Source: Chiloscyllium plagiosum (taxonomy: Eukaryota). Taken from it: DNA of 64,000 nucleotides. The translations under genes and the position numbers were made by a program. Location: assembly GCF_004010195.1 (NCBI RefSeq), contig NC_057752.1:6445956-6509955 (forward strand). Reading direction: 5' to 3'. The notes under the pieces are model-generated. The model worked only from the letters and a program-made list of their open reading frames with translations. It ran no database searches and was not told the origin of the DNA. Below are positions 26,476 to 39,533 of this stretch, one piece after another (the first letter of the stretch is position 1; each line of letters begins with the position of its first letter).

Positions 26476-26637
26476 CCTGTTGGATTCAATTCTTAGTCTA
26501 ACTCCTGCAGATGTTGGGTTATCCATTATGGTTGCCATCAAATCTTCATCAAGGTCATCATAATCCATCAGGTCTTCCTCGTATTCACGTAGAATCCTCT
26601 GATCACCAACATGTGTATTGCTGGCCCGGTCATCACC
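26476..26637 (-). CDS. ERBB3: ERBB3 exon 25 homologue (acidic proximal tail)
   Basis: GDDRASNTHVGDQRILREYEEDLMDYDDLDEDLMATIMDNPTSAGVRLRIESNR; acceptor ttcctcag, donor gtatga; 162 nt, phase 0-0. Confidence 0.9.
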
Positions 26638-26749
26638 CTGAGGAAGGATACAGGAAGGTTCAGAAAACAGCTGATGACTTAGTAATTGAAGGGGTATAGA
26701 GTCAAATAACTAAAAACACTGTTAAACCATCAGAATACAAGCAATATAA

Positions 26750-27668
26750 TGGTATAGTTAGTAAGTTTGCAGATGGCAGCAAAATTGGAGGTGTAGTGGA
26801 CAGCGAAGAAGGTTACCTCAGATTACAACAGGATCTTGATCAGATGGGCCAATGGGCTAAGAAATGGTAGATGGAGTTTAATCTAGATAAATGCGAGGTG
26901 CTGCATTTTGGAAAAGCAAATCTTAGCAGGACTTATACACTTAATGGTAAGGTCCTAGGGAGTGTTGCTGAACAAAGAGACTTTGGAGTGCAGGTTCATA
27001 GCTCCTTGAAAGTGGAGTCATGAGTAGATAGGATAGTGAAGAAGGCGTTTGGTATGCTTTCCTTTATTGGTCAGATTATTGAGTACAGGAATTGGGAGAT
27101 CATATTGCGGCTATGCAGAATATTGGTTAGACCGCTGTTGAAATATTGCGTGCAATTCTGGTCTCCTTCCTATCAGAAAGATGTTGTGAAACTTGAAAGG
27201 GTTCAGAAAAGATTTACAAGGATGTTGCCAGGGTTGGAGGATTTGAGCTAAAGGGAGAGGCTGAACAGGCTGGGGCTGTTTTCCCTGGAGCGTCGGAGGC
27301 TGAGGGGTGACCTCATAGAGGTTTACAAAATTATGAGGGGTATGATTAGGATAAATAGTCTTTTTCCTGGGGTGGGGGAGTTCAGAACTAGAGGGCATAG
27401 GTTTAGGGTGAGAGGGGAAAGATATAAAAGAGACCTAAGGGGCAACCTTTTCACACAGAAGGGTACGGAATGAGCTGCCAGAGGAAGTGGTGGAGGCTGG
27501 TCCAATTGCAACATTTAAAAGGCATTTGGATGAGTGTATGAATAGGAAGGGTTTGGAGGGATATGGGCCGGGTGCTGGCAAGTGGAACTAGATTGAGTTG
27601 GGATATCTGGTCGGCATGGACAGGTTGGACTGAAGGGTCTGTTTCCATGCTGTACATCTCTATGACTT
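26750..27668 (+). mobile_element. Young CR1 LINE 3' fragment in ERBB3 intron 24
   Basis: KKAFGMLSFIGQIIEYRNW...CVQFWSP...LERVQKRFTRMLPGL and the 3' tail. Confidence 0.9.
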
Positions 27669-28349
27669 TATAATAGTATACCAATAGGAGACAATCCAAC
27701 AAAAACTAACTATCTTCAAGCCTGCATAAAGGTAGACTTGGAAATCAGAATGGAAATTGGGAAACCTGCTAAAACATTCCATTTTGGTTCCCAAAAATCA
27801 AAATATTAAAGGGGCCAAATAAATCTGGAGCATTCTTGATGTGTAATGTTACTCTACACTCACTTAATGAGCTACTTTTAGTTATTCTGTGCACCGTGTC
27901 TGTGTAAGATTAAGTATATTTAGAACTTTGACAGTGTATTTTAGAATCTTACAACTACAGTGATGAATAAATTTAATCGTCTACAGACCCACTTTTTAAA
28001 ATGTTTAACTTTGTTATAATTTAGACAACTAGGACATCAATATTAAATCATTGCTTTGTGTGTTAACAAACTCTAAACTTGCCATTCTTTTAACTCTAGT
28101 CTCTTGTCTTGAGACCATTCCCGTTCATCCCAGCATTAGTGGTTATACCTTTAGCTGTTTAGATCCTTTGCTTTCAAATTCCCTTCACAAACTTTTTGTA
28201 ACCTCCTTTAAACCACTCCTTATAACCCAGCTCTTTGACCAAGCTTTTGAATGCTCATCCTAAGATCTCCTTCCTTGGCTCAGATTTTTTTATTTGTTAA
28301 TATTTTTGATTGTACAATGGGACATTTTTCTACATTAAAAGGCATTGTA

Positions 28350-29090
28350 TAAACATTGGGAAAACCAAAGTCATTGTCATTGTCCCTGTCACAATTTTCA
28401 TTCTCTAGTCATGACTCCATCCCTCTTCACAGCAGCTCTCCCTTTGAACTAGACTGTTCAAAAACTCGGTGCTGTATTTGACCCCTAATTGAGCTTCTGA
28501 TACATATCCACCGCATCACCAAGATCATTTGTTTCAACCTCTAACATTGCCCAACTCCACCATTGCCTCAGCTCATCTCCTGCTGCCTTTGTTACCTCTA
28601 GACATGATCATTTCACCACTCTCCAATCTGCCCTCCAATCTTCGACCCTCCATAATCTTGAACTTATCCAAAACTCTTATCCTAACTCAACTTCAAAGTT
28701 CCATTCACCTATTACTCTTGCGCTCACTGACTTACTGTGGCTGTGCTCCAGGTCTGGCAACACCCTGATTTTAAAATTCTCATTTTTGATATAAATTCTC
28801 TCCATGGCCTCAAACCTCCTCTCTCTGTAACCTTCTCTAGCCTGACAACCCTGCAAGGTCTTTATGCTTCTCCAATTCTGACCTCTTGCACATACCATAA
28901 GTTCTGGAATTCCCTTTCTACACCTCCCTACTTCTCTTTCCCATAATAAGATATTCCTTAAAACCCACCTCTTTAACCGAGCTTTTAGTCATCTATTCTA
29001 CTATCTCTCCACATGACTCTGTCAAATATTTGATTACACTCCTCTGAAGCACCTTGGGATATTTCATTATGTTGTAGGAGCGAGAGGCAA
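28350..29090 (+). mobile_element. Old L2-like LINE 3' fragment; related pyrimidine-rich copies at about 41470-41940 and 61690-62340
   Basis: Shared degenerate blocks (tttgaccc...gagct, ccatcaccaagat, ttttaaaattctcat, tctggaattccct, aaaacc.acctcttt) among the three copies. Confidence 0.55.
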
Positions 29091-30022
29091 GTTGCTGCCA
29101 TAATCATCTTATTGAATTGTCCTCTGGAAATCTATTTGCGTTGCTTAAGCTACAATATACTTACTTACACCAGTCACTTCCTCAAAAAGAATTTAACTAA
29201 TTTTGATAAATGGAATCTGCCTTTGACAAATCAATGCTGACTATTTATTTATCTTGTTCATCTCTAAATATTGATTTTCTGGTATGGATTCTATCAGTTT
29301 GTCCATGACTGGCATCAGAGATGAATTTCCAGCAAGGGTCACCAAAGCGGGATGACAAGTGGTAACCCCAGTTGATAAACCTCTCCTCAATTCAGGAGTG
29401 CCGAGGTCCCCTAATATCTCGTTCGTCAAGATCAGGTAATACAGTTCAAAGTATAAACCTACTTAGCTATAGTGAGAACCAGGACTGGTATCTTGAACCC
29501 AAACATCATTCTAGGATTTACACATTGATTGATCAAAATCAAATGACGTAACAAAAAGAATGGGTTTCTTTTCTCTTGAATAGAAAAGACTGAGGAGCAT
29601 CTTAATAGAACATCTTTAAAATTATAAAAGTTTTTGACAGAGTAACCACAGGGAGACTGTTTCCATGTGTGGGGGAGAGCAAACCGAGAGGCCATCAGAA
29701 ATTCAGAATTCACTCTCTCTATTAAAAGAGTCGTTAGAATGTGGATTTCACTACCACAAGGAGTGGATGAAGCAAATAGTGCAGATGCATTTAAGGGGAA
29801 GCTAGATGCATATGAGGGAGAAGGGAATATATGATTATGTTGATAAATGAAGACTGCAGGTGGGAGGCTCGACTGGAACATAAACACAGAGATTGCTGTA
29901 CATTCTATGGGACTTCATGAAATAATGCTGTTTTCAGAATTCCTCAAGTACAGTACTAATTTAGTTTTTGGAATGTTCTGGACTTTGTTCCAACATTCTC
30001 AAGAGACTTAACAGGAACAAAC

Positions 30023-30120
30023 CTCAATAACTAAGTATCGAGCCGGATCGCGAGCCATCCGGGAAAATTCTGCGCCAAGCTCTTTGAACGTTGGGCGACT
30101 GTCTTCGTCGATCATCCAGC
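30023..30120 (-). CDS. ERBB3: ERBB3 exon 24 homologue (kinase C-lobe end)
   Basis: [33 protein letters not shown]; acceptor caatcag, donor gtttgt; 98 nt, phase 1-0. Confidence 0.97.
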
Positions 30121-31628
30121 CTGATTGAGAAATATTATTAAAATCATGTTTAGTCTGCTTGTTTATTGAAATTGAAACAGAGAGAAAAGCAGATCCCAGA
30201 AAATCAATTCTTCCTTGTGACTAATTAAGGAACAATTTGAAATGTAAATGTCTGAAACAGTGGGTCCAAGGAGAAAGCAGGACAAACAACACTTAGAAGC
30301 AGTGTTTTAATGAGGCAGGGTAAAGTTTTATTTAGGCTTAAAGGCCTCTGTCTAAATCCATGTTAAGTTTTCCATCATGGCTGTTAATGTGAGAATGGAT
30401 GGGTCACGACTCTCTTTATAATGAGCTAGTCTGTCATTTTTTATTCATTTATTGTCGTGCGTATCTTGTTACAAAATCCACTGAAAAGTGTTGTATAGAC
30501 TAACTGTCTCAGCTTATAAAGAATAACTACTTAAACAATATAGTAGAGCGATTTTGCTGCCTTAATAACTGCAAACATATATTACACATCATGGTAAACC
30601 TTTTCTTCTCTCTCCAATTTCAACCCACATGGAATATAACAGCTTCTGCTGAAGCCAATTTCATAACTTGTTCAGGAAAATTTCATTTTGTTGTTTCAAT
30701 GTGAATGTCTTTTCAACTGAACAGGTTTAGCCGAATGAATATATTATTTGTTTAAGATTCAACTATGTTCTCTTTGCAACCTCAGCATATTTCATAATTT
30801 AAAAGCTTTGGCTCAAAACACTCTGATATAGTCTCATATCATAAGCATGACAATGTAACATTGTATTCCATGGCATCTTCCCTTTTTTAAAAAAAATCCA
30901 TTCACTTTATTCCCTCCACTCCATTACAATATCATTTCTGAATAAAAATGAATTGATTTCAATTCTGTTTCTTCCAACATGGTGTTTGTTGGTTGTGAGA
31001 CTGGATCGTTTAAACTTGCCTTCCTTGCTTTTGGGATGTGAGAAATATTTAATTCCATATCTTTTACTTTTCACTCCCAATTTTGGAGAGATTCTGGATG
31101 GAGGATAACAGGAAACCTGACAGAGAGAATTAGAAGTTTTTGCCACTTCTGTGATTTTGTAGAAATTAATGGCTGATGTTGAAAATATCCACCCATATTT
31201 GGATGGGTTTGTGAAAATGATTGCTGAGTAGAAGCAAGTCATTTTGACATAGTTCCCATCAGTAATACCTTGGCGAGGCTGGACATCAGGAATAATGCTG
31301 GGTTCCTGATATCTAGTCTGACACCTGGAATCTTAAATCTGGAAGCAGATGAGTAATTTGGATTAAAATTACTCAGTTTCAGTTTTTTTTTTACTTTCGA
31401 ACAAATTGTATCATATTCCAAAAGTATCTGAATTCTTCATTGCATTATATCAGCAACAGGGAGTTCAGTGGGAATCGAACTATCTAAGTGCCACTGCACT
31501 GTAAAAGGGTTGTCCCTTATTCATATCCAATTGTCTAGCCTTCACTCTCTGGCAGCTATATACACAGTAATGTTCCATAATCTGTCTTCCCAAGTTGCTT
31601 TTGAAACTATTTTTAATCATATACTTAC

Positions 31629-31775
31629 ATTTCACCATGACCATGTAGACATCAACGGTACAGATCTGAGGCTGCGGCAGGCGTTCGCCTTTCTCCAAGA
31701 GACCAGGGATTTCACGAACGGCAATTCCTTCATATGGTTTATTACCAAATGTCATCAACTCCCAAACAGTGACGC
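31629..31775 (-). CDS. ERBB3: ERBB3 exon 23 homologue
   Basis: [49 protein letters not shown]; acceptor ttcacag, donor gtaagt; 147 nt, phase 1-1. Confidence 0.97.
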
Positions 31776-33879
31776 CTGTGAAGAGCACATCATATTTTAA
31801 AGTTGGGAACTCAGTGCCAAAAATCAGCTAAAAGATGGATTTTTTAAAAAAATTAATAACCTCCTAATTGTTGCAAAGGTGTAGGCAATGGAACTCAAGG
31901 TTGTGTCCAGAGGAATGTGCACAAAGCTGATATTCAAGCTTAGAAATTACTGTTGATTAGGGCCTTTGTAGTGCAGTGGTAGTGTCTCTACCTCTGAGCC
32001 AGGAGCCAGGTTCAAGTCCCACCTAATTCAGAGATGTGTCATAACATCTTTGAACAGGTCAATCAGGAAATATTTTTGACTTGTAATTGAAACATTAGAA
32101 GTTGCTGAATGATGCAATTGAAGGGTTAATTTGAGAATTACTTCAGGCTTTTGAGAGTTTCAAAGAAAGTTGCTTTACTGGGAGCTCACTTTTTTTTGGT
32201 AGATGCACTAAAACATGTGCCTTAATGCTTGCACAATGGGTCAGCCAATGTTACAGAAGAAGCAATAATCATCATTAACTGACCATAAACTCCAATTAGA
32301 AGCTATTCAAACAGTGGGATAGCCCTAGAGAGGTCAGGACAGCTGTTAGCAGAGCAATGTTGTTGAGACATTGAGGGCCACAAAGAAAAGCCAGCTTTTC
32401 CAATTAGGAAACCCAAATGGAAAGGCAAGGAGAGGAGGAATTGAATAGGACTGATGGTCATTCGCCCCATTTGTCCTCAGTATCACAGACATGATGAAAG
32501 GTGGAAGAAAATGTCAGTGCAGCAATTGAGTCCCACATGAACTGGAAAGAGACCAGCAAAAGGATGTCAGAACACAAGAAATGCACTACAGCAAGTCATC
32601 AATACATGATCGGGACCAGGCCCAAGCACAAGATGTCGACGCTACTAACAGTCTTATACTTGAATATTGGAAGATGCTAAGTAACTGGATTTGATTGTTT
32701 TAGTACTTTTCCATCATAATAAAACATTTCATTTCAAGAAACACTATGTTTGAATAGGAACACTGAGGATGTATGTTACATTTACAATTAGGACTTTATA
32801 AGGGGACCTATATGCAAGGCAACAATTCTTAATGATATTTCACATATCAGCAATTTGTAGCATGTAGTGTGCCCCTCAACTGCCCTGTATCACTGTTTTG
32901 TGTTCTTTTCATAACCACGTACTATTACTATCTTTTGTATTGATCTCCTTGCAGGACAGGAAAACCTTTAACAAGAGAGAGCACACCCATGCCCACTTGG
33001 TGGTTTTAAGCAACTTAAGCCTTTGACAGTCTCCGATGAGGCTACCTTGGAATTACTTGTCTGGGGAAGGGGTGGTATCGGGGGAGTGGGGGATGGCAAA
33101 CGTGGATTTAATTCACCAGTTCATTGCCAACACCATAATACTCATGTCCTGCAACGTTTTATCGAGCAACTGTCACAGACTCAACTGCAGTAGCATCATA
33201 TTTCACTGAAAGATGTCCTTAAAAATGATTATTGCAAGCTGCATTGTGATGTTTTTGTTCACTTGTATATATTCCTGAGACAATGAGATGGCAGCAGCAG
33301 CCAGTATAGCCGAGCAAGCCGACACCTCACAATATCATCACCATTTTTTTAGCAAGCTGAAGCGGAGCTGCACGGATTTTCGAGGACGGCAACAAGGTCT
33401 CAATCCGAGGGCAACATCCAGCTAATTAATCATATTGGACAGTACAGGTGTCAGAAAGCAGGCTAGACAAGTCAGTCACAACAGAACTAGGCTTGGTAGA
33501 ATCAGATACAGGGCCGTCTTGGGATATAGCACAAGAAAGTCATAAGACACATATAGTCAATCAGCAGACTTACATCTTCTGTAAGGACTCATTAGGAGTA
33601 TTTGATTCAACCACTTCAGAAACAAAGTGAAAGCACAACGGTCAATCACATTCACACATTACACAGTGATGAAATAAATGCACAACAATGGATTGGAACA
33701 TTGTGCTTATACATTTATTTGCAATTTCTTTAGAATGATGACAAAAACCCAACAAAAGATGGGAATATATGAGGAACTGTGAAGGACAATGTTAAAGAAG
33801 GTGGTTTGGGCATAATTACTTTTCATACACAGACCTCAACTTTAAGAAATTACACACACTTGAATCCATCCTAAATTAG

Positions 33880-34546
33880 AGTCACAGAGTCATAGAGTCA
33901 TAGAGATGTACAGCATGGAAACAGACCCTTCGGTCCAACCCGTCCATGCCGACCAGATATCCCAACCCAATCTAGTCCCACCTGCCAGCACCCGGCCCAT
34001 AACCCTCCAAACCCTTCCTATTCATATACCCATCCAAATGCCTCTTAAATGTTGCAATTGTACCAGCCTCCACCACATCCTCTGGCAGCTCATTCCCTAC
34101 ACATACCATCCTCTGCATGNNNNNNNNNNNNNNNNNNNNNNNNNNNNNNNNNNNNNNNNNNNNNNNNNNNNNNNNNNNNNNNNNNNNNNNNNNNNNNNNN
34201 NNNNNNNNNNNNNNNNNNNNNNNNNNNNNNNNNNNNNNNNNNNNNNNNNNNNNNNNNNNNNNNNNNNNNNNNNNNNNNNNNNNNNNNNNNNNNNNNNNNN
34301 NNNNNNNNNNNNNNNNNNNNNNNNNNCTATGAACCTGCACTCCAAGGTCTCTTTGTTCAGCAACACTCCCCAGGACCTTACCATTAAGTGTATAAGTCCT
34401 GCTAAGATTTGCTTTCCCAAGATGCAGCACCTCGCATTTATCTGAATTAAACTCCATCTGCCACTTCTCAGCCCATTGGCCCATCTGGTCCAGATCCTGT
34501 TGTAATCTGAGGTAACCCTCTTTGCTCTCCACTATACCTCCAATTT
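33880..34546 (-). mobile_element. Young CR1 LINE 3' fragment spanning an assembly gap (N 34120-34326)
   Basis: KIGGIVESKEGYLRLQQDLDQMGQWAEKWQMEFNSDKCEVLH; (agagtcat)n tail. Confidence 0.9.
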
Positions 34547-35594
34547 TAAATTTCAAATTAATGTCAAAACAACAAACTTTACTTGCTGCACTGATGGGTT
34601 AGTATCAAATTTATTGTCACTTGCATGCTTCCACTTGTGCTGTTCTATGCCTTTACCATATTATTCTTCAATCTGCAGAGCAAGTTCTTTTTGCAGGCTT
34701 AAGTAAAGGAACAGATCATCAACCAACACTTGTTCATAAAACCCCAGGTAGGAGAGAACAGTACTGTAAAGTCACATATCAGTCAAAGCCTGTGAAGCCC
34801 TGCTTTAAGATCCTTGCGATTTTTCCAAAGATGATTCTGATGGCATCATAGGAATTTTTGTGCCAATTTTTGCTTTTGTATTGAGATGGTATAATGCTGT
34901 GATCCAAGAACCATCCTTCTTTTGCTCTTTCCCCTTCAAGTAGGTTTGTGTGGATGATTGCAATTGAATGAAGGGACAGGACAATATCTCAGGAAAGAAG
35001 CATGGATCTGCATGACTATGTAGCACACTATGAAGTGGTAGGATTTTCTTTTCTTAAAGAGGACACCATTATGGCCCAGAGAGCTGAATGATGAGACTGG
35101 GAGCACTGATGACCCTGCATTCTCTGGGAAAGCCAGCAGTCTGATCAAATAAGAATAGCCCATCTTGTTGTTGCTTTCAGGCTTGTGGTGAATGAAATAA
35201 AGTTGTTGGACCCTGCTGCATAATTTATCCATGACCTCCTCTGTCATGTACTTGAGGAAGCTAATGGCAAGTCCTAAACAATACTCACCAAAGTACTCAT
35301 CAGTAATACTTCAACAACCCAGGCATTTTATTTAATGGCAGTTCCCAGCCTTATACCTCTTCATCCACATATCTTGTCCAATATGAGTTGTTGACCTGTT
35401 CCTGGCCTCTTGTCTGTACTTGTCTGGTTAAATTCCAGAAAGTGAACAAGTATGCTCCAGATAACGGCAGTTCCAGATTTTCTCAGTACATATGCATGGG
35501 AAACATCTGGTTTCTATTCCTGAATACTGATATTAGCAAGAAACCATTTGAGAATCTCAACGTCAAGTATAAAAGACACAACAACCAGATATGT

Positions 35595-35804
35595 AAAAAC
35601 GAGGATTGCAGATGCTGGAAACCAGAGTGTAGATCAGAGTGGTGCTGGAAAAGCACAGCAGGTCAGGCAGCATCCGAGGAGCAGGAAAATCGACGTTTCA
35701 GGCAAAAGCCCTTCATCAGGAATCTATTTCTGATGAAGGGCTTTTGCCCGAAATGTCGATTTTCCTGCTCCTCGGATGCTGCCTGACCTGCTGTGCTTTT
35801 CCAG
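35595..35804. mobile_element. Penelope-derived fold-back insertion with target-site duplication and two head-to-head hammerhead cores
   Basis: Long inverted repeat about 35642-35807; cacaacaaccagatatgt duplicated at 35577-35594 and 35805-35822. Confidence 0.8.
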
Positions 35805-36748
35805 CACAACAACCAGATATGTCAACCATGTTAGGCTGGCATCTGGCAATTTTCCAAGCTGTACTGGATAGCCAATCACATCACCTGGTACTACACTAAG
35901 TAATTAAGTTGGGAATGCTTCCTCTCACTGACAGAGCACAATGGCAACATAAACGCAATTCCTCCTGTTATCCAACCCAATGTGCCATTTGCTTCCTTGA
36001 CAGTGGTCAGACACCAACTTGATAGCTTGAAGAATTTACCATGGATGACTCCCAGATCCCTTTCTTGATTCAACCTTGTCAGCATTTGCCCATTACTCCT
36101 AGCTTCCATGCATCAATTTATATTCATAAGTGCACAATTTCACACTTCCTGATTGCAGCAGTAGGCCAATAACTGGCAAACAGACTGAGTTCTCATGTGA
36201 ATTGTCTCCCCTTTTCAGATATTAACCACCCTTACTATTCTGCTGTTCATCCATAAACTGAGGTGAAGCTCCCAACACACTTTCTGATATGTATGGAAAC
36301 ATTGAAACTACCAAACCCAAAACTGGTCCTCTCACGACCTCAGCTGTCACACCATACACTAAACTTGTTATTTATACAAGCCTGTTTGTCTCCCATAGGC
36401 CAGCCATGGTTTGATCTCAACTTGTTTTCCATGGAACCCTTCATTATCAACTTTACTAAAGTCTAGGTAAACCACATTTCCATTGTAGCTCCTGTCATGA
36501 GCTACAAAATGTAGAAATTCTAATGAAATAATTGGGTCTTTACTGCTGTTCCCAGAATCTAACTTCAGCATCTCCAACAACAGACAAATATCTCCCCTGA
36601 CCCAGATACCAATACAATTCTTGTATTACCACAGTCATTAAGTTGTATTTTGGATCAGAAGTACAAGCTATTGAAAATATTTGGTTTAAAACTGCAACAC
36701 TTCAGCTTTTTTAGTACAAAATAATGCTTCCATAAGTATATGACTCAC

Positions 36749-36824
36749 CATAACTCCACACATCACTTTGGTGGGTGTATCTTCTAAAGTGAATGCTCTC
36801 TAGTGCCATCCATTTAATGGGCAT
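36749..36824 (-). CDS. ERBB3: ERBB3 exon 22 homologue
   Basis: [25 protein letters not shown]; acceptor ctgtag, donor gtgagt; 76 nt, phase 0-1. Confidence 0.97.
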
Positions 36825-39185
36825 CTACAGCAGGCAACAGACAGACATACTCAACAACAAAGCACAACAGCTTGGGCAATTTTCAAAAAATAGGGCAAAA
36901 TTTTGCCTTTGTGGCTCCATGTGCAGAGATTCACATGCCTGGAGCACATGTCAGGAATTTGGATGCATGTCTCATTCAAGTTTCCTGAGATTTTAATCAA
37001 ATAAAATTGGCAGAAAATCATGGACGCTGTGAATCGAGCGGAATCCCAAATTCCTGCTGTGCGCTCCCAGCACTTGAAGCTCCTCCATGAAGGAGCTTTT
37101 TCTAAAAAAAAACTATATATAAAACAAATCTGAGTTTAATCACAAGCAAGTCACCTGGTATTTTATCTTGTAACAAGATAATGTTGCATAAGTTGGTTTG
37201 CTGAAAAGAAAATCCTGATCACAAGTACCAAAAATTTGATACTCGCAATGGATTTCTCTAGACCATAAAAATATTGGAAGCTTTCAAATCTAGTATCAGC
37301 TTGATGGTCATAAATTGACACTGTTGCCTCTGATCTCAGTGATCGTTATGTGAACCAGATCACACTACTTTTTGACTCCTGATATTGCTTAGAACAGTTC
37401 AGACCTAAAACAAAGTAGCAACTCAATTTTGGTGATTCAAAACATGTGTACATCTGATTCAGTGGTCTGCTGAATATACATTTTGCGCTCTTGTAGTTCA
37501 CATCAGCTACCTCTGTGCTAGTATCCTTAACCTGATGACAAAATATGTGATCTGATTCAGCTTGTGGGATTTCAGAGCCAGTTTTAATTATATAAAGTCT
37601 CTTTTAGTGAAAAATTGATTTACAATATCAAGTTAGTATACTTAAATAGAATGCAAATTTAATGTTAGCCACCATTATTGGGTTTACTCGAAATGTGTCT
37701 CAGCAAAGCTCATTTTGCGCAAAAGCGGACTCAGCAGCTCCAGATTGCGCAAAACATTGTTCCTCAATTTGCAAATTGTTTGCAGTGAAATTCTCTTCTA
37801 AATTAATGAAATGGGTTTGTTTGGAAATATCACTCTTTACAGACAGCATTTAGACATGTAATGTAGATCAAACCCCAGAACCCATTAGGAAATGGGCACT
37901 GGAGAACTGCAGCACGTTCAGAACTAAAAGAAAGCCTTGCATTTAAATAGCGCATGAGCACGTCTCTCAGATCTACAAAGAAGTAATTTGAAATGCAGTC
38001 ACTGTTGCTCTGTAGATAAATGGAGCAGCTAATTTGCGCACAGCAAGGTCTGACAAGAACAATGGCATAAATGACCTGTTAAATCAATTTTTGGTGGTGT
38101 TCGATGAAAGAAGCATGTTGGCCAGGATATCTGGGGTGTTCACTGGTCTTCACTGAATAATGGCATGGGATCTTCAACATCCACGTGATCCAATGGAACA
38201 GGCTGACAGGACCTTGATTTAAAGCTCAGTTGAAAGGTAGTGAACAATCTGCTCTTCACTCAATACTATTTGCGCAACATCAGTTACAAAATGGCACACA
38301 CCATCCAGAACAAGCATCTGCATGAGATGCTTTTTTTTAAAAAGCATCTCATGCAGATGCTTTTTTAAAAAAAATCCATTTTTCTATATGTCTGCTGAGG
38401 TTAGAGTAGTGAGATCAATCTTTGAAGGTGAGAGGATAAACAGTTCAAGCTTCCTGTTTGTAAATGACAGGACACAGAATACAGTCAAGACTGAGATCAA
38501 TAGTGTTTTGTACTCTGAAGGAATCACTGGAAATGGAGATAGTTGCACCTTTCCTATACTGAGGTAAGTCAGCTGTGATCTTGTTGAATGGGAGAACAGG
38601 CTTACAAGGCCCTCCTGATACTGTTCTTTATTTAGATAGCTCTTCCTGAAGAACAAACTCCACGTCTATTTATTATCTCATCTTATTTTTCCAATTTTCT
38701 CCCATCTCCTGAAGCATTGTGTCATTTTGGTGTAAAATTCCTTGGTCACCAAGTGCCCATTATTTACATGAACTTTCCTTCTGGGTAGATTTGAACTTTC
38801 ATGGATGGATGTATTAAGATGGACTGAATGGCCTTCCTGAACTATAATTATGTTGTGAAATTTAGTGTCACTTGATTGTGGGTGACAAAACACAGTCCAG
38901 TCCTACCTACAACCAACTTCGCAGAAACTGGGACCAAAACCTGGGACATTCCCAACCTAAGTTACTCATTCAGTACACTCAGCAAGCTATTAGAGAGTGT
39001 TCACAATTACAAGAAGGACATAAGAAGAATTTTGTTTTTAGATATCAATAATAAATCAAGGAAAACCTTTTCCCTGCATCACAACACTGGCATAGCAAAA
39101 ATAACATTTGAACAAAAAGAAGTGATAAAAGAATAACTTACTATTTTCTACCAGAAATTAAACACTTAACCGACAGATGACTAAC

Positions 39186-39341
39186 CTTCACTTCATCGAA
39201 GAAATACTTCTTCTCATCTAATGCCAAGAGGTTGGTGATGCCAAAGTCTGTGATTTGAACATGGCTGGGAGATTTTACCAGTACGTTTCTGGCGGCCAGG
39301 TTCCGATGTACCATCTTCTTCTCCTCCAGATATCTCATACC
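39186..39341 (-). CDS. ERBB3: ERBB3 exon 21 homologue (catalytic loop HRN, DFG, activation loop)
   Basis: [55 protein letters not shown] instead of HRD is the ERBB3 hallmark; acceptor ccacag, donor gttagt; 156 nt. Confidence 0.98.
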
Positions 39342-39533
39342 CTGTGGTAAAAGTTCAATTGGTTTAATAGAGACATAAGCAGCTGGTGTTTAATCATTAG
39401 CCCATGAGTCCATCATTATCAAAGTTCACCACCACGCAATTGATGTTCACCAAGGATATACAGATTCTATTATGCTCCTCCTTTGCTAATCATGGGATTT
39501 TTGTGTAAACCATTAATTTGAAGTCTCGCTTAC

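Noticed and set aside
31960..32070. tRNA-like sequence with A and B boxes (tagtgcagtgg...ggttcaagtcc)
   Set aside because: No proper cloverleaf or acceptor stem; more likely a tRNA-derived SINE head.
35086..35145. ATGATGA...CTGA resembling a C/D box snoRNA
   Set aside because: It is antisense to the host gene, has no convincing terminal stem and sits in sequence that looks like a decayed LINE.
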